In this document: positions 6,978-15,872 of the stretch, in pieces | How the letters are laid out: each line of letters starts with the position of its first letter | Position numbering within the stretch: the first letter of the stretch is position 1 | From: a virus | Reading direction: 5' to 3' (one strand) | DNA: 64,000 nt | IMG/VR virus record: IMGVR_UViG_3300042387_001967 | The notes under the pieces: model-generated | Told to the model about the DNA's origin: nothing | Database searches by the model: none | What the model saw: only the letters and a program-made list of their open reading frames with translations | Translations under genes and position numbers: made by a program

Positions 6978-9626
6978 TTATCGGTTCAGGTGTTTCTCCA
7001 GGAAGTCGTGCTTCGCATCGTCCGCCTCGTTCGTGTAGTCCAGCACCAGCTCCAGGTCCGCATTCGCGCGCGCAGACTTCTCGTGCAGTCGGTCAAACGA
7101 CTCCTTCGGAATTTCGTCAGGACGACGCAAGATCTGCAGCGGCTTGCGCGTGGTGGACCGCACCCATTCCAGGATGTTCTTGTCGTGCATCTTTCGCATG
7201 CGCGACATCACCGTGACCGGCTCGGCGCCGCACTGCTCCGCCAGCGCATCCACGTCGAACTGCCACCAGCCGTCCTTCTCCACGCCGACGTCGAAGATCG
7301 CGTCGCGCGTTTCCGATTCCTTCTTCGTCATGGTCGGAATGACTTCCTCAAACCGGATGCGATGCTGCCGCGCGGCGTCCGCGTCGTGCGCGAAGATTCG
7401 CTCACCCAGGCAGAACGACATGATGGCCTGGGTCGCGAACGGATCGATCGAAGCCCGCTTGCATATCTCATCGCGCGACGCCGTGATCGCCCCGTTGGCG
7501 CCCTCACGCATCTGACTTGCCGCCTTGAAGAACGCCTTGATGTCCTCCGGCGTTGGATTGCCGCAGCGGATGAAGTGCTTCCGCGTGCGAATGCCCTCAG
7601 GAGTCGGGATGATCGTGCAGTAGGAGTCGAGACCGTCTCTGCCTGCGCGACCCGCTTCTTGCGCCAAAGCCACCAGAGTGCCCGGGATGTCGAAGTGCAC
7701 CACGTGTCTGATATTGCTTTTGTCCACGCCCATGCCGAACGCGTTCGTGGCCACGATGACTGCCTCGGGGTCCGCCATGAACTTGTCCTGGTTGAACCGA
7801 CGATCCGGCTGCAGCATTCCGCCGTGGTAGAAGTAGACCGGGCGGTTGGTGTAGCGGCTGATGGCCGCCGCGTATTCCTCCACCCTCTTACGCGTGGAAG
7901 CGTAGACGATGGTCGGCCCCTCGCAGTTCGCAGCCACCCAGGGTGCGGCCTCCGACATGCGGTCCAGGAACAGGGACGCCAGATGCAGATTCGTGCGGCG
8001 CGGGTAGTGGTAGATCAGCTTGGCCTTGAGGATGCCCAGACCGCTCCGCACCTCCGCCTCAGCCTCCTCGGACAGCGTCGCAGAGAACGCCGCCACCACT
8101 TTCGGCTGCACCTTCTGGATGAACTCCCCGGCGAACTTGTAGCCGGGACGGAAGGTGTCCGCCCAGTCATGGAACGTGTGACAGTTTCCTATCACGACAA
8201 CTTTTCCGCTGCGTCGAACCACGATGCACCCGGTGGGTACAGTCACGCAGTAGACCATTCCGTCGTAGTCCGTCACGCGCTTCCTGAATTCCTGCGTGTC
8301 TACGGTTGGCTCGCCCAGGCGAATGAACAACCGGTGTACATCGCTGAATGCGTCCGACCTGTGATCCACCTGCAATGTTTTTCGGGCGCGCAGTCCAGCG
8401 CGTATGCAGACTTCCTGGAAGTAGTCTGTGTTGTCCTCCACCGTGCTGCTGTAGTAACCCAGCGAATCGCTGACGTCGCTACCATCCCAGGCGATGCATT
8501 CGTCGACCAGCGCGCGACAGGCATCAGCCGACAGATCGTTGTAATCAAGCACCTCGCGCATGATCTTGGAAAGCCCGGGCACCCCCGTCACGATGAACCT
8601 TCGACGGCTACCATCTGATCGGTCTTTTACCTCGTTGAAGGCATAACCGCCGTCTTTCATGATCTGCAGGAATCGCTTGATCTTTCGCTGCTTCACGAAC
8701 GAAAACGCAGCAGACGATTTGCTGTGGGCGTTTCCGTCCGCCTGAAAAGCAGTCTGAAGACGCTCCCAAGGTGTCAATGCGGAGCGTCCAGTGCCGGCGC
8801 CGGCTGCGGCTCTCATACGCCACATGTAGCTGAACTTGGCGTCCGCGGCAGTTCGCTTTCGCCAGCTGCCGTCAGCCCTGTAAACCAGCAGATCGTGATT
8901 CGGAGTTACCGAGATGTCTATGCCGCTGGTCGATTCGATGTGGATCATCTCTCCTTTGTGCCGCCTACGTATGACGCGCGACGGAACGACCAGCGTCATC
9001 TCGTGCGTGTCCGGATCCACCTGAGCCACCTGATCTGCATCGTCCAGTGCATCGAATCTCACGAATCCACGACCCGTGAGAATCTCAACGTCAGGCGCAA
9101 AGCACTCGTCCATCGCCACAAAATCAGGCGGGAACTGCGACACCACGTTCGACCACTCCGGATTCGAGAAGCGCTCCGGGCTGACCAGCATGAACTGCAG
9201 CGTGCCCGACGCCCAGTCCCGCAGCACCGAGGCGTTGTGTCCGTCCGTCTCCTGGCTGGAGATGGACGCCGCAGCAAGCCCCTTGCGCTGCATGGACGTG
9301 GCCTGGTCACGCATGAGCGCGATCAGCGGGTAGATGACGATGGTGCGCCAGCCCATGCACAGCGTCGGCACAACGAAGCATGCACTTTTCCCAGACCCGG
9401 TTGGCAGGATCGTGATCGTGTCCCGCTGCGCCATGATGGACTTCACCGATCGGTCCTGCCCCTCCCGGAGCGTGCTGAACCGCAGGCTGTTCAGGACCGC
9501 CGGCATCTTCTTCATTCCCTGCATCAGCGCCTGTATTTCGGCGGTGGTTGTTACGGCTTTCCGCGCTTCGATCGGAGGACTTTCAGTTTCGGATTCTTCG
9601 GGTTTCGGTTTGGTCAGAGTCGACAT
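6978..9626 (-). CDS. recQ: RecQ-family SF2 helicase containing an intein
   Basis: ILPTGSGKSACF (motif I), YPLIALMRDQ (Ia), VSPER, spliced MDE/CHTFHDWADTFRPGY (II), FSATL (III), IVYASTRKRVE (IV), YHGGM, VATNAFGMGVDK (V), QEAGRAGRDG (VI). Confidence 0.9.
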   Translation of the reverse strand: MSTLTKPKPEESETESPPIEARKAVTTTAEIQALMQGMKKMPAVLNSLRFSTLREGQDRSVKSIMAQRDTITILPTGSGKSACFVVPTLCMGWRTIVIYPLIALMRDQATSMQRKGLAAASISSQETDGHNASVLRDWASGTLQFMLVSPERFSNPEWSNVVSQFPPDFVAMDECFAPDVEILTGRGFVRFDALDDADQVAQVDPDTHEMTLVVPSRVIRRRHKGEMIHIESTSGIDISVTPNHDLLVYRADGSWRKRTAADAKFSYMWRMRAAAGAGTGRSALTPWERLQTAFQADGNAHSKSSAAFSFVKQRKIKRFLQIMKDGGYAFNEVKDRSDGSRRRFIVTGVPGLSKIMREVLDYNDLSADACRALVDECIAWDGSDVSDSLGYYSSTVEDNTDYFQEVCIRAGLRARKTLQVDHRSDAFSDVHRLFIRLGEPTVDTQEFRKRVTDYDGMVYCVTVPTGCIVVRRSGKVVVIGNCHTFHDWADTFRPGYKFAGEFIQKVQPKVVAAFSATLSEEAEAEVRSGLGILKAKLIYHYPRRTNLHLASLFLDRMSEAAPWVAANCEGPTIVYASTRKRVEEYAAAISRYTNRPVYFYHGGMLQPDRRFNQDKFMADPEAVIVATNAFGMGVDKSNIRHVVHFDIPGTLVALAQEAGRAGRDGLDSYCTIIPTPEGIRTRKHFIRCGNPTPEDIKAFFKAASQMREGANGAITASRDEICKRASIDPFATQAIMSFCLGERIFAHDADAARQHRIRFEEVIPTMTKKESETRDAIFDVGVEKDGWWQFDVDALAEQCGAEPVTVMSRMRKMHDKNILEWVRSTTRKPLQILRRPDEIPKESFDRLHEKSARANADLELVLDYTNEADDAKHDFLEKHLNR
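8184..9104 (-). mobile_element. Intein (307 aa, LAGLIDADG-type) in RecQ Walker B
   Basis: Starts CFAPDVEILTGRG, block B VTPNH, endonuclease-like motifs TAFQADG and ECIAWDG, block F VYCVTV, ends VIGN followed by Cys+1. Confidence 0.9.
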
Positions 9627-10063
9627 GATGATAGTTGCACGGCGATGATCATGGAGAGGTCATCGCCGACTTTGAATGTGTGGAATAAACCTCGACATCT
9701 CATGCGTTGCAGCGCCGCCAGCATGTCCGCCCACGGATCGGCGACAGCCAGCCATAACGACTCCGGGCCGGATGCGGTCGTGTCCTTCACCACATACATC
9801 GACCCCGGCGTCGACAGCAGATGTTCCGCAAGCGGCGTCGACTCCTCGTTCATGATGTCCGTCGCGACAGCCGCCACCCACGGATACAACCCGTGGGTGG
9901 CGACGATCAACAGCCGCAGGGGTGAGTCGGCCGGCAGGCTGTCCACTGCCGCGGTCTTGACATCGTCGAGAGCGTCAGACGCCGGCACTCCCAGCAGCTT
10001 CGCCAGCATGCGGCTGACGACCGAGTCCGATGCCTTCACCGGCGACGGTGCGTGACGCTTCAC
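9614..10063 (-). CDS. Hypothetical protein
   Basis: 149 aa; overlaps both neighbours as in an operon. Confidence 0.6.
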   Translation of the reverse strand: MKRHAPSPVKASDSVVSRMLAKLLGVPASDALDDVKTAAVDSLPADSPLRLLIVATHGLYPWVAAVATDIMNEESTPLAEHLLSTPGSMYVVKDTTASGPESLWLAVADPWADMLAALQRMRCRGLFHTFKVGDDLSMIIAVQLSSCRL

Positions 10064-11499
10064 GGCACCACCTCCGGCTCGGCGCCGTCATCCTCGTCCT
10101 CGTCATCAGCGACGTCGTTCTCGGCGGGCACGATATGTTTGATCGCCCGCGCATACCCTTCGATGTCCAGCTGACCGCCGATATACTCGATGTGCTCAGG
10201 GTGCGTATGCAGCGCGCGCATCAGCTCCTCGGGCTTCACAGCCACGCAGCCCAGCGCATCGCAGGTGTAGAGGTCCTTCTCGACAGTCGTACCGAGGAAC
10301 TTGTTGGTCACCATCCAGGTAGCGGTCCGGTCTGCGTAGGTGAACGCGGGTGCCTGATAATCCTCAGTGTCCTCATGGCGGTCGAAGAACAGCGTCATGT
10401 CGCATGTCCTGCCCCTTGGTCCATAGGAGTTTTTCAGCAGCATCACACGCAGGACATGCCCGTAGACCTCCTTGTTGCCGTCCTTCGCGCGAATGTCCGT
10501 CGTCGACATCATGGTCATCCGATAGGCGCACAGGCGCTTCATCGCCCGACCGCCGACACGCGTGTCGTTCTTCAGCGGGCTCGGCGCCATATAGGACGGC
10601 AAGGGCTTGGCGGCCATGTCGACCTTGTCGTTCTGCTTGTTGATGAACACCACCGTGGTGTTGTTCTTCTCCATGAACGCCGGCAACCAGCGCGCCATTC
10701 CCTGCGCATGCTTCGAGTGTCCGAAGTTGGATCCGTCCACCGTGTCCTTGGGCGCTTCCTTCTTCGCGTTGGCGGCCAGACCCCAGTCCGTATTGCCTAC
10801 GGCCTCGCTCTTTGACATCAACCCGCTCCACGGATCAGCGAAGAAGAAGATCGGATTGCCTTTCGTTTCGGGATCGCTGTCGCACCTCTTGCGCAGATCT
10901 TCGACCGTCTTCCGGAGCGTGTCGTCGAACTGCGGCAGCGACCTGGCTTCAGTGTATTCGATCGAGTTGACCTTGATGACCGCCAGCTTCGGGTCGCGGT
11001 CCATGATGCGCTTGATGCGCTTGTCGGACATCTGCTTGCCCTCGCACTCGCAGTAGATGGCGTAACAGCCCATATCCAGCAGCCGGCTGATCCAGTCGAA
11101 CACGAACGTCGTGCTGCCGACGCCCTCCTGCGCGATGATCTCGATGGCCAATGGGTAGCGGAAACCGATCGAGCCCAGCATGTTCTGGAACTGCAGTTCG
11201 TCGTATGGAATCATGTTCCTGCGCAGCATGGCCGGGGTGAACAGGCGGATGGGCCGCTGCTTCGATCGCTCATGCAAGACGTCGATGCTCTTGCGGATGT
11301 TCTCGGTCATCTTGCTGAGGACCTTCACCCTGTTACCGGCGTCGACCCGCGGCTTGAGCAGCAGCGGCTGGAACTTGTCCGGGTCTTCGATCTGGAGCTC
11401 GGCGGGCGTTTTGGTTGGTCTCCGCGCGACTTTCTTGGGGGCGGGTTTTGCAGCCGGCACAACGGGCTGCTTCTTGGGTGTGCGTTTTTTAGCTGGCAT
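10060..11499 (-). CDS. RecA/UvsX-like recombinase with degenerate Walker A
   Basis: IEIIAQEGVGSTT, YIYCECE, FFADPWSGL, VVFINKQNDKV, GGRAMKRLCAYRM (cf. RecA GGNALKFYASVRL), LKNSYGP. Confidence 0.75.
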   Translation of the reverse strand: MPAKKRTPKKQPVVPAAKPAPKKVARRPTKTPAELQIEDPDKFQPLLLKPRVDAGNRVKVLSKMTENIRKSIDVLHERSKQRPIRLFTPAMLRRNMIPYDELQFQNMLGSIGFRYPLAIEIIAQEGVGSTTFVFDWISRLLDMGCYAIYCECEGKQMSDKRIKRIMDRDPKLAVIKVNSIEYTEARSLPQFDDTLRKTVEDLRKRCDSDPETKGNPIFFFADPWSGLMSKSEAVGNTDWGLAANAKKEAPKDTVDGSNFGHSKHAQGMARWLPAFMEKNNTTVVFINKQNDKVDMAAKPLPSYMAPSPLKNDTRVGGRAMKRLCAYRMTMMSTTDIRAKDGNKEVYGHVLRVMLLKNSYGPRGRTCDMTLFFDRHEDTEDYQAPAFTYADRTATWMVTNKFLGTTVEKDLYTCDALGCVAVKPEELMRALHTHPEHIEYIGGQLDIEGYARAIKHIVPAENDVADDEDEDDGAEPEVVP

Positions 11500-11504
11500 A
11501 TGAT

Positions 11505-11547
11505 AGGTAAAGGAACAGAGACACCGGGGAGGACGGCCTCCCCGGTG
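11505..11547 (-). terminator. GC hairpin followed by TTTACCT
   Basis: Plus-strand caccggggagg-acgg-cctccccggtg (11522-11547) with aggtaaa at 11505; lies between 11576-13318 and the recA-like gene. Confidence 0.6.
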
Positions 11548-11575
11548 CTCAAGTTACTGTTGGTGTGGGTGTCGT

Positions 11576-13318
11576 TTAGTCGAGCAGTTCCATCAAGCCG
11601 GAGACCACGTCATCCGGCAGTTCCGTGCTGCGGCCTTTGTCGGTGGCGTTCCACGCGCGTTCGACCAAGACTTTGGCCTTCTTCTGCTTGTCGGCGGCGA
11701 GCCGCTGGAAGCTGCCGGCGTCAGGAAACAGCCGCGTATGCATGCCCTCCAGTGTCACCTCGCCTGCTGCTGAACCAGCGGGCACCGTGGGCGGTTCCTC
11801 GTCATCCGGCACCATGGGTGGTTCTTCGTCGGCTGGCACCATGGGTGGTTCTTCGTCGGCTGGCACCATGGGTGGTGCGTCATCACCTGCCGGCAGAGTG
11901 ACCAGCCCGGACTCCTCCAGGCTGACCCACGTGTTCGGCCTGATCATGACTTTGACGCCTTCGATCTGTCCGGCGTCTGTCATCGCCTGGAGTTCCGCCA
12001 GCGTTTTCTTCGCCGGTTTCACGCCTGACGCGCCCGCCCAGAACGGCGAGGCGAGGTCGCCCGCCTTCGCGATCGGTGCGTCAGCAGGCGCGCGCTCCTT
12101 CGGAGGGGACGTGCGTTCTGGCATCGGCGGCTTCGCGTTGGTCGGAGCGAGACGCGAAGCAGCAGGGCCTCCGCCGGTCACAGCGGCGACTGGATCGCCG
12201 TCGTCCGGCGCGGCTTCGCGCGACGTACGGCTCGCGCGCGACGTGCGAGTCTCCGCGTTATCTGGCGACTCTCCGTCCGGCGTGCGCGAGGCGGCTCCCG
12301 CTGTGAGGCGGACATATTCAGGACGGTCTGCGGGCAGTTCCCCGCTGTAGCGCTGCGCGCAGGCGCCGCGAATCATTTCCATCGTGACGGCCGCGTCGTA
12401 GGTCTTGATCATGTGATCCACCTGCTCCTCGTAGGTGGGGATGTTCCAATTCGCCGGGTCCGGCAGCAGGAAGCGGCTGGCCAGCACCTCCGCGCTGATC
12501 TTGTGGATCTTCGGCTTTTCGTCGAGGATCTCGGCCCGGTCCGTGAAGCAGATCACGTTGGTGTCATACGGGTCCTTCGGGTCCAGGTTGACCTTGTCAA
12601 TGTGCCATTCCAGCGCGCTGGTCGGGTCGGTCGGATCGCCCAGCAGGTAGTGCGGCCAGTTGGGATCGCGCGCCGGCCCGTCATCCGAGCGGTGCGCCCA
12701 GCGCATCTGCTCGATGCAGTAGGAATACGCCGCCTGCGTGATGGCAAGGACGCCGTTGTGCCAGCTGTGCTCCTTGGTGATGCAGCGCGCCAGCGCAAAG
12801 AAACGCAGCGAGCGTCCGGGCACCAGGGCGTTTTCCTTCATGGACGGGGCCTTCAGATAGAAGTCCTTCTTGGAATCGCTGAACGCCTTGTTCCGGCGAA
12901 TCCAGCGATTGAGGTCATCGAACGCGTCCGCGACATCATCGTTGCTGAGGGTCTCGCCTCCGATCATGTTGCGACGATTCGACGGTGAGAGCCAGTGCTC
13001 CTTCTTCTCGCCGAGGAACGGGTAGCACGTCAGCGGCAGCGCGAACGCGTTCGGCGTGAAGTGCCGCGGCAGACGCTTGTCGGGTGTGTCGCTCCAGCAT
13101 GCTGCGACCGAGGCGGCGAACGCCTTGTCGTCGAAGGAGAGCGTCCAGTCGTAGGACGGCAGCAGGAAGCCGCGGAGTTTGGCGTCGATCGACTGCTTGC
13201 CGATCATGTAGAGCTTGAATGCGTCCCCGCCGCGCGGCGTGGCGCCCAGCAGTGGGCGCCAATCGCCCTCTCCGTAAGCGGCATCGGCATCGACAACAGG
13301 TGTGAATTTCTTGGACAT
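11576..13318 (-). CDS. Hypothetical protein with Pro/acidic tail, possibly ssDNA-binding or recombination accessory
   Basis: 580 aa directly upstream of the recA-like gene; function inferred from context only. Confidence 0.5.
   Translation of the reverse strand: MSKKFTPVVDADAAYGEGDWRPLLGATPRGGDAFKLYMIGKQSIDAKLRGFLLPSYDWTLSFDDKAFAASVAACWSDTPDKRLPRHFTPNAFALPLTCYPFLGEKKEHWLSPSNRRNMIGGETLSNDDVADAFDDLNRWIRRNKAFSDSKKDFYLKAPSMKENALVPGRSLRFFALARCITKEHSWHNGVLAITQAAYSYCIEQMRWAHRSDDGPARDPNWPHYLLGDPTDPTSALEWHIDKVNLDPKDPYDTNVICFTDRAEILDEKPKIHKISAEVLASRFLLPDPANWNIPTYEEQVDHMIKTYDAAVTMEMIRGACAQRYSGELPADRPEYVRLTAGAASRTPDGESPDNAETRTSRASRTSREAAPDDGDPVAAVTGGGPAASRLAPTNAKPPMPERTSPPKERAPADAPIAKAGDLASPFWAGASGVKPAKKTLAELQAMTDAGQIEGVKVMIRPNTWVSLEESGLVTLPAGDDAPPMVPADEEPPMVPADEEPPMVPDDEEPPTVPAGSAAGEVTLEGMHTRLFPDAGSFQRLAADKQKKAKVLVERAWNATDKGRSTELPDDVVSGLMELLD
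11781..11888. repeat. Four tandem 27-bp units encoding (D/E)EPPMVPAD-like repeats
   Basis: Units start with ggcacc at 11781, 11808, 11835 and 11862. Confidence 0.9.
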
Positions 13319-13351
13319 AGGTATTTTGGTTTCTGCGTAGTTTCTGAGTGC

Positions 13352-13380
13352 GCAAAGGCGGACCGAATGGTCCGCCTTTG
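13352..13380. terminator. Intergenic hairpin
   Basis: caaaggcggacc-gaat-ggtccgcctttg, 12-bp perfect stem between genes. Confidence 0.55.
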
Positions 13381-13410
13381 CAGTGATTGATCCTCGTGTG
13401 TGTCGGTGAG

Positions 13411-14058
13411 TTAAGCGCTCTGAACTTCGGTCGCTTCCTCTTCGCCTTCCTCATCAATGGCGTCGGGGTCCATCTTGCTGTCGGACGGCTTCGTCGCTTC
13501 GCGGCGGCTCGCCGCGTTCAGCTTGATCTCGACTGAGTTTTCCGTCGTGTTGACGACCCGCCCGAGATTGCCAAGCCGCGTCGATGTCTCAACCGGCTTG
13601 CCAGACGCGAACAGCCTGTCCAGCTCGAGGATGATCGCGGCCGACTGCTCGAAGCGCACGTTGAACGGACGCTGGGTCACCCGGGCGACCACTCCGTCCA
13701 GATCGTATTGCACGATCATGGTGGTGACGCCGTCCTGCGACTTGGGCACGACTCCCGACCGGTAGAGCCGGTTCGGGATGATGTCGAGCCCGACTGCCTT
13801 GCCGGCGTCGTTGGTGTGCACGATGAACTGGTGGTTCTGCAGTCTGTCCAGTCCATCCGGGACCTCGCCAACTTCGTTGGTGCCTGCTGCGTAGAGGAAC
13901 AGTGCTTTCGTGGTCGGGCTGTGCTGCTGGTAGCTGCTGCCGTCAATGTAGGAGAGAAGGACGATGTTCTTCCCTGTGTTCGGGTCGAGCCGCGTCTCAG
14001 GTGCGGTGATCCGTTTGGCGATGGTTCTGGTGGCGGTTGCGCGTGATTTGATTTTCAT
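13411..14058 (-). CDS. Hypothetical protein
   Basis: 215 aa; ATGA overlap with the upstream gene. Confidence 0.6.
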   Translation of the reverse strand: MKIKSRATATRTIAKRITAPETRLDPNTGKNIVLLSYIDGSSYQQHSPTTKALFLYAAGTNEVGEVPDGLDRLQNHQFIVHTNDAGKAVGLDIIPNRLYRSGVVPKSQDGVTTMIVQYDLDGVVARVTQRPFNVRFEQSAAIILELDRLFASGKPVETSTRLGNLGRVVNTTENSVEIKLNAASRREATKPSDSKMDPDAIDEEGEEEATEVQSA

Positions 14059-14636
14059 GTTTTAGCGGAGCGTTCATACTCCGCGCGCAATTTAGCCGCC
14101 TCGTTCTCCGCCTGCAAGGTTTTTTGTTCAATCTCTTGAAGCAAGTCCGGATTGGTCGTCGTCTGAATCCGGTGCTGCTGGCAGAACTGCTCGTGCTCGA
14201 TCACCGGCGTGCTGAAGGATGCCGGCTTGCACTTCGGGCAGGACGCGATGTGGTAGTGCCGCCCGTTCTCAAACACGAAACCCGTCGCCTGCTTGCCAGG
14301 CTTGTAGAACCCCATCAGCGACCGGCATCCCAGACAGACGATGCGTGGCCAGTTCTTGAACTCCTTCCGGCAATCCTCACACAGCAGGTCCGTGTAGTTG
14401 ATGCCGGGCGCGATCATCACGCCCTTGCAGAACCGTCCGCTGTGCCACTTCACTTCCCACGCGATCACGTCCAGCAGCTTGCCGCAGAGGCACGGCTCGT
14501 AGCGCGTCAGCTTCAGATCTGATGCCGACTGAGTCGAGACGCCTCGCAGCATCTCCAGCATCGCGGGCGTGAGCTTGAAATCATCAGGCTGGTCAGTCAT
14601 GGCGGCAGTCGAGCAGCACACGCCGATGCAGTCCAT
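14055..14636 (-). CDS. Zn-finger-like hypothetical protein
   Basis: CLCG, CEDC, CLGC and CPKC motifs; true start may be ATG 14600. Confidence 0.6.
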   Translation of the reverse strand: MDCIGVCCSTAAMTDQPDDFKLTPAMLEMLRGVSTQSASDLKLTRYEPCLCGKLLDVIAWEVKWHSGRFCKGVMIAPGINYTDLLCEDCRKEFKNWPRIVCLGCRSLMGFYKPGKQATGFVFENGRHYHIASCPKCKPASFSTPVIEHEQFCQQHRIQTTTNPDLLQEIEQKTLQAENEAAKLRAEYERSAKT

Positions 14637-14652
14637 CGGAATTTCGTCAGCC

Positions 14653-14696
14653 AGGTAAAGAAGATGAAGAGCCGGGGACCATGTCCCCGGCTCTTC
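14653..14696 (-). terminator. GC hairpin followed by TTTACCT
   Basis: gaagagccggggac-cat-gtccccggctcttc (14666-14696), aggtaaa at 14653. Confidence 0.65.
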
Positions 14697-14738
14697 CCAC
14701 GCGAAGTCATTCCACGCTTATGCCCTGCGGCTCAGGTG

Positions 14739-14945
14739 TTACCCTTTGCCGTATCCTATGCGGGAGGCGGCATAAGCCGCGCCTCCCAAGCAGGCGAGTG
14801 CCGGTATCGACAAGACGATACCGTTACCAAGACCTTTCAGCACCGCCACGACGGCGGCAGCTGAGAAGCCTATGCCTGCCAGGATCGCCACCGCGCAAGC
14901 GGCAGCACCCAGAGCACCTATGATCATTTTGATGAGGTCATTCAT
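14739..14945 (-). CDS. Small hydrophobic (membrane) protein
   Basis: MNDLIKMIIGALGAAACAVAILAGIG..., 68 aa, directly after a promoter motif. Confidence 0.6.
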   Translation of the reverse strand: MNDLIKMIIGALGAAACAVAILAGIGFSAAAVVAVLKGLGNGIVLSIPALACLGGAAYAASRIGYGKG

Positions 14946-14954
14946 GTGCAATAC

Positions 14955-14984
14955 ATTATGACACGCCAGGCTGCGCTTTTGCAA
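14955..14984 (-). promoter_or_regulatory. Sigma70-like promoter, class GCAAWW-N14-GTCATAA
   Basis: TTGCAA-N18-CATAAT, 9 nt upstream of ATG 14945; same spacing as three promoters at 48.8-49.7 kb. Confidence 0.65.
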
Positions 14985-14997
14985 GGAGCGCGACGCG

Positions 14998-15150
14998 TCA
15001 GTTAAGCGTGCCGTCGCCGCGGATGTCGCCGAACTGGAGGGCATACACGCCCACGAAATATGGGTCCGTGGTGCCGTAGCCGCTCTGGCACGCCTCGGCG
15101 CCTGCCTCGCGCAGCATGATGTTGCCGAGCTCGATCATTGTTTTCGTCAT
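14998..15150 (-). CDS. Small hypothetical protein (50 aa)
   Basis: MTKTMIELGNIML..., ATGA overlap with the HNH gene stop. Confidence 0.45.
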   Translation of the reverse strand: MTKTMIELGNIMLREAGAEACQSGYGTTDPYFVGVYALQFGDIRGDGTLN

Positions 15151-15872
15151 TGGTGTTTTGGCTGGGGTAGTCCGGCGAGCGCCCGCTGCAAACGCAGAAC
15201 GTAGGCGCGTAGAAACTCGAAGAATTCGTCCTCCGTCCTGGTCCACTTCAACGTGTTGCAGTCGTAGCAGGCGATGCGGAAGTTCGCCGTGTGGTGTGCG
15301 CCTCCTCGATCGCACGGGGTAGCGTGATCGACTGAAGTTGCTTCCGGGCGTAGTGGATCAGTGCAGTAGTAGCACTCACCTCGTTGTCGCTCGAATATCT
15401 GCAGCAGGTCTTGCGGTTTGCAGACGTAGTCCAAATCCTTCAGCGCCACTTTGCTCACCTTCACGCCGCGTCGTTTGGCCAACGCTTGTCGGCCGGCGGT
15501 GTTACACGTGTATGCTTTCTTGCGCCACCATGCCTCGTCAAAACCAGAAGACCGGCGAGAGTCCGAGTTGTAGACGCGCGTCAGACAAGTGTCGCATATC
15601 TTGTTCAACTTTTCCTGGCATCGTCGATTCTTTCTCGGTGAGAACTCGCTGAGAAGCTTATGTCGAAAACATTTCACACAGACACGCCGCCCAGACGCGT
15701 CGTCCGGCGCGGCTAGGAGTGCCAGCTTTTTATCTCGCCGCTTTTTCGCGATTTCCTCTTTGTTGTAGCTGCGGACGCACGCCAGACACCTCCCTTTGGA
15801 TTTGCCACCGGAATAGTGTATCGGCGCTCCTGTGTCGCAGTGCGGGCATATAGGATCGTTCATGGCGATCAA
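15147..15872 (-). CDS. HNH endonuclease with Zn-finger N-terminus
   Basis: CYYC...SVDHATPCDRGGAHHTANFRIACYDCNTLK; overlaps the polymerase stop. Confidence 0.85.
   Translation of the reverse strand: MIAMNDPICPHCDTGAPIHYSGGKSKGRCLACVRSYNKEEIAKKRRDKKLALLAAPDDASGRRVCVKCFRHKLLSEFSPRKNRRCQEKLNKICDTCLTRVYNSDSRRSSGFDEAWWRKKAYTCNTAGRQALAKRRGVKVSKVALKDLDYVCKPQDLLQIFERQRGECYYCTDPLRPEATSVDHATPCDRGGAHHTANFRIACYDCNTLKWTRTEDEFFEFLRAYVLRLQRALAGLPQPKHQ

Noticed and set aside
3215-8618. Long plus-strand ORFs (3215-4996, 5440-7038, 6921-8618) and similar ones throughout the window
   Set aside because: Antisense shadows of motif-bearing minus-strand genes, expected at high GC; R/V/H-rich and without motifs.
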